Shown here: positions 48,101 through 56,609 of the stretch, piece after piece | Layout of the letters: each line of letters starts with the position of its first letter | Numbering within the stretch: position 1 is the first letter of the stretch | NCBI GenBank assembly: GCA_017441705.1 | Contig: JAFRWU010000044.1 | Location: 43,042 to 107,041, forward strand | From: Clostridia bacterium | GTDB taxonomy: Bacteria; Bacillota; Clostridia; Oscillospirales; QAMX01 | Direction: 5' to 3' | Length of the DNA: 64,000 nt | Position numbers and translations under genes: made by a program | Notes under the pieces: generated by a model | The model's database searches: none | What the model saw: only the letters and a program-made list of their open reading frames with translations | What the model was told of the DNA's origin: nothing

Positions 48101-48750
48101 AGCAGCACCCTGCCCCAGACCGTTTCGCCCGCGTTTTCCCCCGCGTTTTCATAGAGAGCGACCGCTTCGCGCAGTCTTTCGGCGGGCTCCGGCATGCTGC
48201 GGAAGGCGCGGTACGCGTTCCCGATCATCCGGCAGAGAGCGTCGTCCCGCCGGCCGCGGGTGAAGAGCCCGGTCATGTGCAGGAATTCCGGAGACGCCTC
48301 CGCATACTTTTCCTCCAGGAGATCCTCCATCACCTGGTCCCGCAGATCGCCGATCTCCTCTTCCCCGGCAATCCGGGCGTCCGGGCTGATGCCGATCAGA
48401 TTGAAGTTTTCCCGGACGATGCCGAGAAAGAAGGAATCGATCGTGGTGAATTCGGCCGTATGGATCAGCTTCAGCTGACGCGAAAGGCGCCTGTTCCCGG
48501 GATCCTCTTCGTACGCCCTGCGAAGAGCCTTGACGATGCGATCCCGCATTTCCTCCGCAGCCGCGTTGGTAAAGGTGATGACCAGAAGGCGGGAAACGTC
48601 CTTCGGATCCTCCTTCCGGGTCACCAGATGCAGGACCCTTTCTGCCACCACCGACGTTTTTCCGCTTCCCGCGGCAGCCGTGACCAGAAGCGCGCCGCGC
48701 CCGCTTTCAAAGTCGATCACGGCCTTCTGCATCTCGTTCCATTCAGGCAT
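45166..48750 (-). CDS. addA: ATP-dependent helicase/nuclease AddA
   Basis: UvrD-type helicase (AAAGSGKTSV, VDEYQDTN) with a C-terminal RecB-type nuclease (LIDYKTDRL). Confidence 0.92.
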   Translation of the reverse strand: MPEWNEMQKAVIDFESGRGALLVTAAAGSGKTSVVAERVLHLVTRKEDPKDVSRLLVITFTNAAAEEMRDRIVKALRRAYEEDPGNRRLSRQLKLIHTAEFTTIDSFFLGIVRENFNLIGISPDARIAGEEEIGDLRDQVMEDLLEEKYAEASPEFLHMTGLFTRGRRDDALCRMIGNAYRAFRSMPEPAERLREAVALYENAGENAGETVWGRVLLDEAKRSLLRYLAAYEEMERGILREPEGLEAHLSLLREEKARLAAAQDTGYDWDRFRAVLRGFEFPTFPSGKRNVPEETKARRAAYKTLRDRLKEEIKKDAKLFAADEEACREAIEALRPAAAELERLVLAFSERFLRKKTEKRVLEFDDVSQYVYGLLWRRTPSGEHVLTEEAIRLAERYDEVIVDEYQDTNSLQDEIFRAVTRDRKNLIMVGDVKQSIYGFRYAEPKGFVDKLAAYKPLSEASSGARKQTLNLNYRSADGVIEAVNRVFSRLMTGEWGGLVYDRDQYLYRGRAPSESHPAEIFLLSQKGSADDRRAYEAREIARYVKSLVGRGTIIPDKDGERPMSYRDAAVLLRSGKGRLELYEKAFREEGVPVSAEGAVGLYSSPEGEFVLNLLAVVDNPYNDVALLTLLTSPPFGFSPEDLAHVRAALKKEPLIRALRQRDKEGDERAHEFLDKLDRWRREKTEKRLGLLIRGIYDELALSSLMRAGEDGEARLQNVYRIASAAEEYEAAGGLSAFLRGAALAVENGREPEGVSPASGKDAVRIMTIHKSKGLEFPVVILAESFTDVLGERNREAVNFDKTVGFGFKLHSQEKEIRYSTLTYEAVNCARRKEATAEELRILYVAMTRARERFALFAVSEDAMKTLGALADLDRPEDHVSPFHTFADWVMAAVLDRDKVKNALLSGLVPDLTAASGGLVTFHLKPVEAEETTDPSPAGESPEERGGFTWPKDLFTPYPYPEAEELSTKTTATEIKNSVKNRELFKDPEGNDPPPHRESRRPAFMTEKSLTASERGNAVHLALRLIDFGKVSAPEEIAEELDRMERERFLSRTERESVDGEALRRFFDSPLGKRFRKAEKVYRELKFTLTEDAGKLDPKLAGKGETILLQGIVDAAFEEADGLILIDYKTDRLLPGETPEDHILKNGYDRQLSVYAGALTRMTGLPVRERWIWFTRYGKGCPVKEPTPDIIEERS

Positions 48751-51700
48751 GCGGCGCCTCCTCTCCCGTTTCCCCGGATATCTGTTCCATAAAATCGCGG
48801 CAGCGCATGCCGGAAAGGAGCCGCCGCACCCCTTCGTCCTTGCCGGGATAGACGCGGCAAACCGGCCGGAAACGGCACCAGGCGCACGCGTCCCCGCCTC
48901 CCAGCGTATACGGATCGGCGTCGACCCTGCCCTTCCGGATCTCGTCGTTCATCCGGCGCAGCGTGCGCTCCATATGCTTTCTGATGGCCTCGAATCCTTC
49001 GAGGTCCGTTATATTCGAATCCTGGCGCACGCTTTTCCCGCCGTCTTTTCCCGTGACGACGGTCAGGGGAAGCCTTCCCTCTTCGCCGAGATATCCCGGA
49101 TCCATCGCCTCCCAGACTTCCCGGTCTCCAAGCATCAAGCCCTTATAGCGGAGAAGCTTCGCCTTTTCACGGCGGATCTCCTCCTCCCCGGCGTCGGGAT
49201 CCACGGCGGGGAATTCATTGCGCGCAGGCAGATAGAAAAAACCCGCCGGCCGCGCGCCGGGCTCTTCCCGGAGAAGCTCGCAAAGATAAAGCGGCAGCTG
49301 GGCGTTCAGCCCGTGATAAAGATCGCCGAAGGTGAATTCCCTGCTCCCGGTCTTGTAGTCCACGACCCGGAGATAGGCGCCGTCCTCTCTTTCCCACCGG
49401 TCCGCGCGGTCGATCCGGCCGCTGACGTTCAAAGCTCCCTCCGGGAAAGCGAAGCGGATGGGCGGATTCTCCCCTCCGAAGCTCCTTTCAAACAGATAGG
49501 GAACGAACCGGCTTTCCTTCAGTTCCCGGTACATGCGCACGGCGAGCTTTTCGGCGTCGGATGCGAGCCTTTTCAGTAAGTATTCGATCCTTTTCGTCAG
49601 AAACTCTCCGGTGCCGAAGACGCTCAGACGGAATTCCTCCGCATAGTCTCCGGCCATCCGCCGGATCTCTTCCTCGCTGTAAGCCGGGAAACCTCCCCCC
49701 TCGGCAACGCGGCGCCCCAGCTTTTCAAAGACGAAGTGGATGAATTCTCCCTCTTCCACGGCGGAAAGCTCCGCCTCGCGGAATTCACGGACGCCGAGTC
49801 CGTATTCCAGGAAAAAGGCGAAGCGGCAGGAGTGGTACTTTTCGATCCTGCTCGGAGACATACCGAGCGGATCGCCGTAAAGCGCGCGGACCGATTCCGC
49901 GGAAAGCGGCGAATAGTTTCTTCCGAGCAGGTCGGTCCCCTGGGGATAGAAGCAGTAGCCTGCTTTCCGGAAGGCTTCCGAAAGCACCGGATCCGATACC
50001 GCGCGCGGATCCTCCTTCAGGAGATAAAGCGCCTGATCGAATCGCGGTTCTTTCTCCGCGCCGGGCAGCAGAGAGGCGATCCTTTCCGCGTACTCGGAAG
50101 GACGGTTCCCTTCGCTCTCCTGCCAGGCAACGACCAGCTTTTCGGTCGGGAAAAAGAAGGTCTGATAAACCAGGAGCTGCTCCACGAACTGCTGCTCGCC
50201 CGAAAGGAGATCCAGGCGCACGTCCTCCTCCCGGAGAAGGAGGCGTTCTTCATCTCCGATCAGGGAGCTCGATTCCACCGTTTTGGGGAATACGCCTTCT
50301 CCGTTGCCCAGAACGATCAGACACTTCGGCGCTCCGACGCGGGTCCTCCCCGCTTCGCCCACCGTGACCTGATCGGCTTTTCCGGGGATCGCGCCGACCT
50401 TGATCCCCGAAAGCATCAGTCTGAGCATCCCGAGAAATTCATCGGTCCGGTATTCCCTCTCTCCGGCGATCAGGACGAACTGGTCCAAAAGGTCGATCAG
50501 GATGTCCCAGAGCTGCTCCCATTCTGCGGCGGCGCGCTCGTCGCCGCGGGCCTTTGCTTCTTCGGCTTTTTCCCGGGCGACCCGGTCCATCCCCGCCTCT
50601 TCGGCGTACCGGTACAAGGCCTCCGCCATATCGCGGACCGTACCGTTCATGTTCTTTTTCAGTTTGGCCAGCGGCAGAACGATCGTCCGCCGCATTTCCT
50701 CCAGCCTGCGGAGCAGCTCTTCCGTCTTCTCGTCGAACTCGCGGAAGAAGCCGTCCGGATGCGCCTTCCACGCTCCCGGCTCCAGCCATTTGCCGCCGCG
50801 GATGTTCCAGCGCAGCACGTAGTATTCCAGAACGTCCAGATCGTCCTGCGTCAGGCCGGTCATCCCGGATTTCAGGAGCGCGAGCATGCTGTCCCGCGAG
50901 AAAGAATCGTTGACCGCCTCCAGCGCCGCAAGCAGCGCCGCAAACAGCGGCTTCGTGGATACGGGGACGCTTTGGTCCATATAGACCGGGATCCCGGAGG
51001 CGCGGAATACCGATTCCAGTTCCCCCGCGTAATCCTCGTACGTGCGTACGATCACCGCCATCTCGCGCCAGCGGTATCCTTCCCGGCTCCAGCGGATCAG
51101 CTGATCCGCCGCGGCCAGGCATTCCCTCCTTTTATCCGGAAGGCGCATGAGGGAAACCGCATGATCCCGGTCGCCCGCAAAAGGCGCGGCCAGGGGAAGA
51201 AACAGGTTTTCTTCCAGATAGGAAAGCTCCGCGCTTTTGAATTTGCGGCACGGCGAAAGGCGGATCTCCTTCCAGGGATGCGATATCCGGCCGGCAAAAG
51301 AGATCAGATGTCGGCGGATCTCATAGGTTTTGAAGAACAGATCGTCCGGCGCGTATCCTTCCGGCGCTTCGTCCATGGTCAGGGCTACCGTGACCTCTTC
51401 GGCGTCGCGGATCATTTTTTCGATCACTGCGTATTCTTTCGGGGTAAATCCGTAAAAGGAATCGATCCAGATCCTTTTCCCCTTAAAATAGCCGGTCTTT
51501 TCGGCCTTTTCCAACATCGCGTCGTAAAGGTCGGCCGGATCGTGCAGTTCCTCCGTAAGGTTGCCCTCATAGGCGGAATAGATCGCCGCCAGATCCCGCA
51601 GCTTGTCTCCGATCGAAGGGGGCATCCTGCCGGCTGCCCGGGCCAGCGTTTCGGGAGAAACGTTGTAAAGCTTCAATTCGTTGACGGCCGAGAGCAGCTT

Positions 51701-52054
51701 TCTGATAAATTCCGGGCGCATGGAAGCCCTGCGGTAAACCGTGAGGAGGTCGGAAACGTCCTCCTTGGCATTCCGCAGGAGCAGCATGCGCCCGTTGTCG
51801 TCTATATATCTGTCCGCCAGACCGCCGCCCTCCTCGAAGAGGCGGGCGGCCAGCGTCCGGAAGGTCAGCGCTTCCGCGTATAAAGGAGCGCTGTCCCCGC
51901 CGGCCTCGGCCAGCGTCAATTCGGCGGTATGGGAAGCCTGCGGCGGAACCAGAAGGATCGCGCCCGGTTCTTTTCTTTCCACGGATTCCCGTATTTCTTT
52001 CAGGATGAGCTGCGTTTTGCCGCTTCCGGTGCGGCCGGTCAGCAATCTGAGCAT
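48743..52054 (-). CDS. addB: helicase-nuclease AddB
   Basis: N-terminal GRTGSGKT, C-terminal nuclease VVDYKTG, and a Cys cluster (C...CAWCRFRPVC) typical of the AddB Fe-S domain. 8-nt overlap with addA. Confidence 0.9.
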   Translation of the reverse strand: MLRLLTGRTGSGKTQLILKEIRESVERKEPGAILLVPPQASHTAELTLAEAGGDSAPLYAEALTFRTLAARLFEEGGGLADRYIDDNGRMLLLRNAKEDVSDLLTVYRRASMRPEFIRKLLSAVNELKLYNVSPETLARAAGRMPPSIGDKLRDLAAIYSAYEGNLTEELHDPADLYDAMLEKAEKTGYFKGKRIWIDSFYGFTPKEYAVIEKMIRDAEEVTVALTMDEAPEGYAPDDLFFKTYEIRRHLISFAGRISHPWKEIRLSPCRKFKSAELSYLEENLFLPLAAPFAGDRDHAVSLMRLPDKRRECLAAADQLIRWSREGYRWREMAVIVRTYEDYAGELESVFRASGIPVYMDQSVPVSTKPLFAALLAALEAVNDSFSRDSMLALLKSGMTGLTQDDLDVLEYYVLRWNIRGGKWLEPGAWKAHPDGFFREFDEKTEELLRRLEEMRRTIVLPLAKLKKNMNGTVRDMAEALYRYAEEAGMDRVAREKAEEAKARGDERAAAEWEQLWDILIDLLDQFVLIAGEREYRTDEFLGMLRLMLSGIKVGAIPGKADQVTVGEAGRTRVGAPKCLIVLGNGEGVFPKTVESSSLIGDEERLLLREEDVRLDLLSGEQQFVEQLLVYQTFFFPTEKLVVAWQESEGNRPSEYAERIASLLPGAEKEPRFDQALYLLKEDPRAVSDPVLSEAFRKAGYCFYPQGTDLLGRNYSPLSAESVRALYGDPLGMSPSRIEKYHSCRFAFFLEYGLGVREFREAELSAVEEGEFIHFVFEKLGRRVAEGGGFPAYSEEEIRRMAGDYAEEFRLSVFGTGEFLTKRIEYLLKRLASDAEKLAVRMYRELKESRFVPYLFERSFGGENPPIRFAFPEGALNVSGRIDRADRWEREDGAYLRVVDYKTGSREFTFGDLYHGLNAQLPLYLCELLREEPGARPAGFFYLPARNEFPAVDPDAGEEEIRREKAKLLRYKGLMLGDREVWEAMDPGYLGEEGRLPLTVVTGKDGGKSVRQDSNITDLEGFEAIRKHMERTLRRMNDEIRKGRVDADPYTLGGGDACAWCRFRPVCRVYPGKDEGVRRLLSGMRCRDFMEQISGETGEEAPHA

Positions 52055-52057
52055 CGT

Positions 52058-52651
52058 CTACTCCTTTTGTTCCCGCATCTTCTCCCTGATCGATGCGATC
52101 CAGTCCAGGATGCGGAATTTGAACCGGATCTCCAGGTCGTCGGATCCCTCGGTCAGGAATACGCCCGATTCGATCAGATCCTCGTCCGGTTCGAGGCCGT
52201 AGCAAAGCGGCGGGAAGAGAACGCACCACCAGTTCCCGCCCTTTCCCGCCCCGAGCGCAACGGTCATCGCCGCGTAGTCTCCGGCAGGAAGAGAAAAGGT
52301 TTCGTATGCGCAGGCCGGATATGCGACCCTTCCCACCGAAAGAGCGGAAGAGTAGTCCATCCCTTCGCGCTTCAGAAGCGCGTCGACCGCGGCCTGAAGT
52401 TCTTCCTTTTCGCACAGGAGCGCGGAAAGCGCTTCTTCCCGGTCCCCGAAATCCTTCGCCGCGATCTCCCGGAGCAGGAGATCGCGCACCAGAAGCTTTA
52501 CGCGCTGATCCTCTTCCCGGTCGCTTGCGGCGATCACACGGAGGCGGACGATCTCTCCGGCCAGCTTTTTCTGCTCCGTCGACGCGGAAGCGGCAAACAC
52601 CGCAAGCGCCGTCGTCAGGGCAAATACGGACAGTATCAGTTTTCTTTTCAC
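52058..52651 (-). CDS. spoIIR: stage II sporulation protein R
   Basis: Signal sequence, then RLRVIAASD and GKGGNWWCVLFPPLCY, the SpoIIR signature. GTG start after GGAAAGGAG. Confidence 0.85.
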   Translation of the reverse strand: MKRKLILSVFALTTALAVFAASASTEQKKLAGEIVRLRVIAASDREEDQRVKLLVRDLLLREIAAKDFGDREEALSALLCEKEELQAAVDALLKREGMDYSSALSVGRVAYPACAYETFSLPAGDYAAMTVALGAGKGGNWWCVLFPPLCYGLEPDEDLIESGVFLTEGSDDLEIRFKFRILDWIASIREKMREQKE

Positions 52652-52730
52652 GGCAAGGCTCCTTTCCCGGTCGTCCCGCGGACTTCCAACCGGATGGTAA
52701 CCGTTCGGGCCTTGCTTTATACGCCTTTCT

Positions 52731-53600
52731 TCAGGAAAACGTTCCGCTTGCTTCGGGCGAGACGCAGAACACGTCGTGCCAGCGTTTTTTCAGAAGAGAC
52801 GCCGCTTTTTCCGCCGTCCTTCTGTCGCGGAAAATGCCGAACACCGTGGGACCGCTGCCGCTCATGGAGGCCCCGACGGCGCCGTGCCGGCGCATGGTCT
52901 CCTCGATTTCTCCGATTTCGGGATAATCGGACCGGGCGGTTTGCTCCAGATGATTGCAAAGAAGCCTTCCGACGTCGTCAAGATCGCCTCTTTCCAGAGC
53001 GGAAAGCATTCCTTCGGTATCCGGCGTCCGTGCGGGAATGATCCTGTCGAAGGCTTTATATGCCGCTTCGGTGGCGATGCCGAAGACGGGCTTCACCAAA
53101 AGCACCGTACAGGGCGGAAGCCCTTTGACCGGTTCCACCCGTTCGCCCATGCCGCGCACCCGCGCGGCCCCTCCCGCAAGGCAGAAGGGGATATCGCTGC
53201 CCACCGGAAAGGCGAGCTTCTGCATTTCCTCCAGCGAAAGCCCGGTCTCATAAAGCCGGTTCAGCCCTCTCAGCACGGCGCCTCCGTTGCCGGAACCGCC
53301 GGCGAGGCCGGCGGCCACCGGGATCCTTTTGGTGATGCGGATCGCCGCTCCGCCCCGAATGCCGGTTTCGGCAAAAAAGCGCTCGGCCATTTTATACGCG
53401 ATGTTGCGGCGGTCGGTCGGCAGATAAAACAGATTGGTCTCCACGCGGATCCCGTCCGCCTTCTCGATCCGGACGGTGTCCGAAAGCTCCACGTTCTGCA
53501 TCAGCATATCCAGGAGATGATATCCGTTTTCCGCGCGGCCGGTGATCGCCAGGGTGAGGTTGATCTTTGCTTTGGAAGCAAGCTCTACGACGTCAGCCAT
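52731..53600 (-). CDS. ispE: 4-(cytidine 5'-diphospho)-2-C-methyl-D-erythritol kinase
   Basis: KAKINLTLAITGRAENGYHLL and GHMP ATP loop PVAAGLAGGSGNGGA. Start at ATG 53600. Confidence 0.9.
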   Translation of the reverse strand: MADVVELASKAKINLTLAITGRAENGYHLLDMLMQNVELSDTVRIEKADGIRVETNLFYLPTDRRNIAYKMAERFFAETGIRGGAAIRITKRIPVAAGLAGGSGNGGAVLRGLNRLYETGLSLEEMQKLAFPVGSDIPFCLAGGAARVRGMGERVEPVKGLPPCTVLLVKPVFGIATEAAYKAFDRIIPARTPDTEGMLSALERGDLDDVGRLLCNHLEQTARSDYPEIGEIEETMRRHGAVGASMSGSGPTVFGIFRDRRTAEKAASLLKKRWHDVFCVSPEASGTFS

Positions 53601-54717
53601 TCTTCGGATACTTTCCCTTTCTGACCATATCGATGGCCTTTTCCGGGCAGATCTCATGACAGCAGTAGCAGCGGATGCATTGATCGATGTGGACGCGGAA
53701 GCGCTTTTCGCCTTTCCGGATCGCCTTCTGCGGGCAGATCCCCGCGCATTTCCCGCAGGATACGCACCGGTCGGAGATATAGGGATAAGCGCGGGTCATA
53801 TCTTCAATGGGATACCGGAGCACGCCCGGAAGGAGCCCGAGAATGCTTTTCTTTTCCCCCGGAAAACGGTAAGGTCTTTTCCCGCGCCAATCGTCGCCTT
53901 CGGTTTCGATCTCGTCCGCCGAGGCGGGGACGAGCTTTCTCTCGATCGCCTCGCGCAGGATCGGCGCTTCCTGCGGCCGGATGCCCATGATCGCCGCAGC
54001 CACCACGTCGGAAGCGAAGGGATCGTCCGACGCCAGAAGAAGGCCTGTCCTGACCGGCGTGCCGCCGGAGGGGCCTTCGCCTTCCATACCGACAATGGCG
54101 TCGGTGATATTCAGAGCGGGGCGAAACGCCTCCGCCAGATCGCAGATCATGGAAGCGAATTCTTTTTTGCCGGGATACTCCCGGTGCATCATCGCCTTGT
54201 GAAGCCCGGGGATCGTACCGTACAGATTCTTGACGGAAGCCGTCATCTTCATAAACCCGTGGGTTTTGAGCTTGGCGACGCTGACGATCAGATCGGCTCT
54301 TCGGATCGAGGAAAGGACAAGGAATTCCTTTCTGGTCTTTCCCAGGGGCGCCGGCATCTTTTCCGATGAGCAGTCGAAATTCAGCGCGGCGCCGCTTTCC
54401 TCCGCGGCCTTTTTCATCCCGGTGGTTTCATAGAGCTTTTCCAGAGAAGAAGGCGTGATCGGTCCTCCGCCGCTTTCGACGATCAGGGCCGTCCCGCCCC
54501 GCTCTCCGATCGCACGGCACACGGCCGAGACGACGGCCGGATGGGTGGTGGAGGCGTTTTCCGGCGTACGGGCCAGAAGCAGGTTCGGCTTCACCGCAAC
54601 GGTTTTCCCCGCAAGATCGTCCGGCAGAAAGCGCCGGAAAGCCTCTTCGACGGCAAGATCGACCGCCGGCTGTTCGTAGCGGCTGACGCTTTTGACGAGT
54701 ACGGTGGCTGTTTTCAC
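53593..54717 (-). CDS. DUF362-domain protein with C-terminal 2x[4Fe-4S] ferredoxin motifs
   Basis: VAVKPNLL... DUF362-like N-terminus. CVSCGKCAGICP and CIRCYCCHEICP clusters. GTG 54717 lies 6 nt after GGGGAGAGGAA. The track start is TTG 54738. Confidence 0.75.
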   Translation of the reverse strand: MKTATVLVKSVSRYEQPAVDLAVEEAFRRFLPDDLAGKTVAVKPNLLLARTPENASTTHPAVVSAVCRAIGERGGTALIVESGGGPITPSSLEKLYETTGMKKAAEESGAALNFDCSSEKMPAPLGKTRKEFLVLSSIRRADLIVSVAKLKTHGFMKMTASVKNLYGTIPGLHKAMMHREYPGKKEFASMICDLAEAFRPALNITDAIVGMEGEGPSGGTPVRTGLLLASDDPFASDVVAAAIMGIRPQEAPILREAIERKLVPASADEIETEGDDWRGKRPYRFPGEKKSILGLLPGVLRYPIEDMTRAYPYISDRCVSCGKCAGICPQKAIRKGEKRFRVHIDQCIRCYCCHEICPEKAIDMVRKGKYPKNG

Positions 54718-54734
54718 TCTGTGTTCCTCTCCCC

Positions 54735-55904
54735 TCAATCCCTGTGTCTTTTGAGGAAGCTTTCCATTCTCTCCATGGCTTTGGAGATGTTCTCCAGCGA
54801 CGCGGCGTAGGAGATGCGCACGAAGCCTTCGCCCGAATCGCCGAAGGCGTTTCCCGGCACCACGGCTACCCGTTCCTCCCGGAGCAGCGCTTCACAGAAG
54901 CTTTCGGAATCCAGTCCCGTGGACACGATCTCCGGAAAAACGTAAAAGGCGCCTTTCGGCTCAAAACAGGCGAGCCCCAGGTTGGCGAGCCCGTCCAGAA
55001 TGATCCGCCGCCGGTCGTCGTACTCCTCCCGCATGGCGTCGATGTCCTCATCCCCTTCGCGCAGGGCTTCGCAGGCGGCGTACTGACTGGTGGTCGGCGC
55101 GCTCATGATGCCGAACTGATGGAGCTTGGTCATCATTTTGATCAGGTATTCGTCGCCCATCACGTATCCGAGGCGCCAGCCGGTCATGGCGTAGGCCTTG
55201 GAAAAGCCGTTGACCACCAGCACGCGCTCCTTGAGATCCTCGACGGCGCCGAAGGAAAAATGCCGCTCTCCGCCGTAAGTCAGCTCCGCGTAGATCTCGT
55301 CCGACAGGACGAAGAGGTCGTGCTTCCGGATCACGTCAGCCAGCGCCTCCACGTCCTCCTTCCGGAGGATCGCGCCGGTGGGGTTGTTGGGATACGAAAG
55401 GATCAAAAGCTTTGTCCTGGGAGTGATCGCCGCCTCCAGCGCCTCCGGCTTCACGCGGAATTCATCCTCCGCCTGCGTTCTGAGGCGGATCACGGAGGCT
55501 CCGGCCATCCGGCAGAGAGGCTCGTAGCAGACGAAGCTCGGTTCCGGGACGATCACCTCGTCCCCGGGCGCGAGAAGAACCCGGCAGGCAAGATCGATCG
55601 CTTCGCTGCCCCCCACGGTCACCAGAACGTTCTGCGGCTGATAGGACAGGCCGAAGCGTCTCGACGCGTATTTCGTGATTTCTTCCCGCAGCTCCGCCAG
55701 GCCTGCGTTGGCCAGGTAATGCGTGCGGCTTTTTTCAAGAGAATAGATCCCCACGTCGCGGATATGCCACGGCGTCGCGAAATCCGGTTCGCCGATACTG
55801 AGGCTGACGACGTTGTCCATGGTGCTTGCCAGATCGAAGAATTTGCGGATCCCCGAAGGCTTCAGATCGCGGATCACGGGGTTGATGCTGTTTGGGAGAT
55901 TCAT
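54735..55904 (-). CDS. class I/II PLP-dependent aminotransferase (aspartate/aromatic type)
   Basis: LKPSGIRKFFDL N-terminus, NPTG, and PLP-lysine motif NGFSKAYAMTGWRLGY. Confidence 0.9.
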   Translation of the reverse strand: MNLPNSINPVIRDLKPSGIRKFFDLASTMDNVVSLSIGEPDFATPWHIRDVGIYSLEKSRTHYLANAGLAELREEITKYASRRFGLSYQPQNVLVTVGGSEAIDLACRVLLAPGDEVIVPEPSFVCYEPLCRMAGASVIRLRTQAEDEFRVKPEALEAAITPRTKLLILSYPNNPTGAILRKEDVEALADVIRKHDLFVLSDEIYAELTYGGERHFSFGAVEDLKERVLVVNGFSKAYAMTGWRLGYVMGDEYLIKMMTKLHQFGIMSAPTTSQYAACEALREGDEDIDAMREEYDDRRRIILDGLANLGLACFEPKGAFYVFPEIVSTGLDSESFCEALLREERVAVVPGNAFGDSGEGFVRISYAASLENISKAMERMESFLKRHRD

Positions 55905-55923
55905 GACTTCCGGCGCCTCCGCT

Positions 55924-56412
55924 TCAGATCACCAGGATGCGGCGGTCTTCTTCCGCATCCTCTTCAAAGAGAACGCCTTTGTCCTTGTATTTCTTGAGGA
56001 CGAAGTGCGTGGCCGTGCCGGTGACGGCGTCGATGGTGGCAAGCTTGGAAGAGACGAAATGCGCCACTTCCTTGAGCGTCTTGCCCTCGATCATTACGAC
56101 CAGATCGAATCCTCCCGAAAGCAGATAAACGCTGGTGACTTCCGGATACTGATAAATGCGCGCGGCGACACGGTCGAAGCCGTCGCCCCGCTGAGGCGTG
56201 ACCTTCACTTCGATCAGGGCGGTCACAAGCTCGCGGTCCGTCTTGTCCCAGTCGATCAGCGCGTTGTAGCCCACGATGACCTTCTCGCGTTCCAGCTCGG
56301 CAATGGTGTCCCTGATTTCGTCGGCGCTTTCGCCGAGAACGCTCGCCAGCTGTTCTCCGGTGATGCGGCCGTTCTTTTCCAACTGTTTCAAAAGCTTTTC
56401 GTTGTTTTCCAC
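55924..56412 (-). CDS. Lrp/AsnC family transcriptional regulator
   Basis: N-terminal HTH (LLKQLEKNGRITGEQLASVLGESADEIRDTIAELE) and a C-terminal RAM/AsnC_trans_reg domain. Classic pairing with an aminotransferase. Confidence 0.85.
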   Translation of the reverse strand: MENNEKLLKQLEKNGRITGEQLASVLGESADEIRDTIAELEREKVIVGYNALIDWDKTDRELVTALIEVKVTPQRGDGFDRVAARIYQYPEVTSVYLLSGGFDLVVMIEGKTLKEVAHFVSSKLATIDAVTGTATHFVLKKYKDKGVLFEEDAEEDRRILVI

Positions 56413-56510
56413 GATCTTATCCGTCCTTTATCCTTCCCCGCCGGGTATACGCCCGGAGAGAACGCGTATTTTTGTCAAAAGAGGTTCGGCAAAGCCAGAT
56501 ATTAAAGATG

Positions 56511-56539
56511 ATTATATCATAACGGCCGCTTTCTTTCAA
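56511..56539 (-). promoter_or_regulatory. sigma-A type promoter for the Lrp-aminotransferase-ispE unit
   Basis: Minus strand: TTGAAA (56539-56534), 17 nt, TATAAT (56516-56511). Confidence 0.5.
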
Positions 56540-56578
56540 GATTGATTTCTCAAGGGCGTTCTTTCCGCATAAAGAACA

Positions 56579-56606
56579 GGCGGAGCTTACCGCTCCGCCC
56601 TTTTTT
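56579..56606. terminator. hairpin terminator directly after the cohesin-protein gene
   Basis: Perfect 8-bp stem GGCGGAGC / GCTCCGCC with a 5-nt loop. The T6 run is on the plus side and only a weak T-run (TGTTCTTT) is on the minus side. Confidence 0.55.
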
Positions 56607-56609
56607 CGT

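Noticed and set aside
45166-52054. AddAB as part of a mobile or defence island.
   Set aside because: It shows the canonical addB-addA order with an 8-nt overlap and is flanked by spoIIR and a GH13 gene. No mobility genes are present. It is a standard double-strand-break repair locus in Firmicutes.
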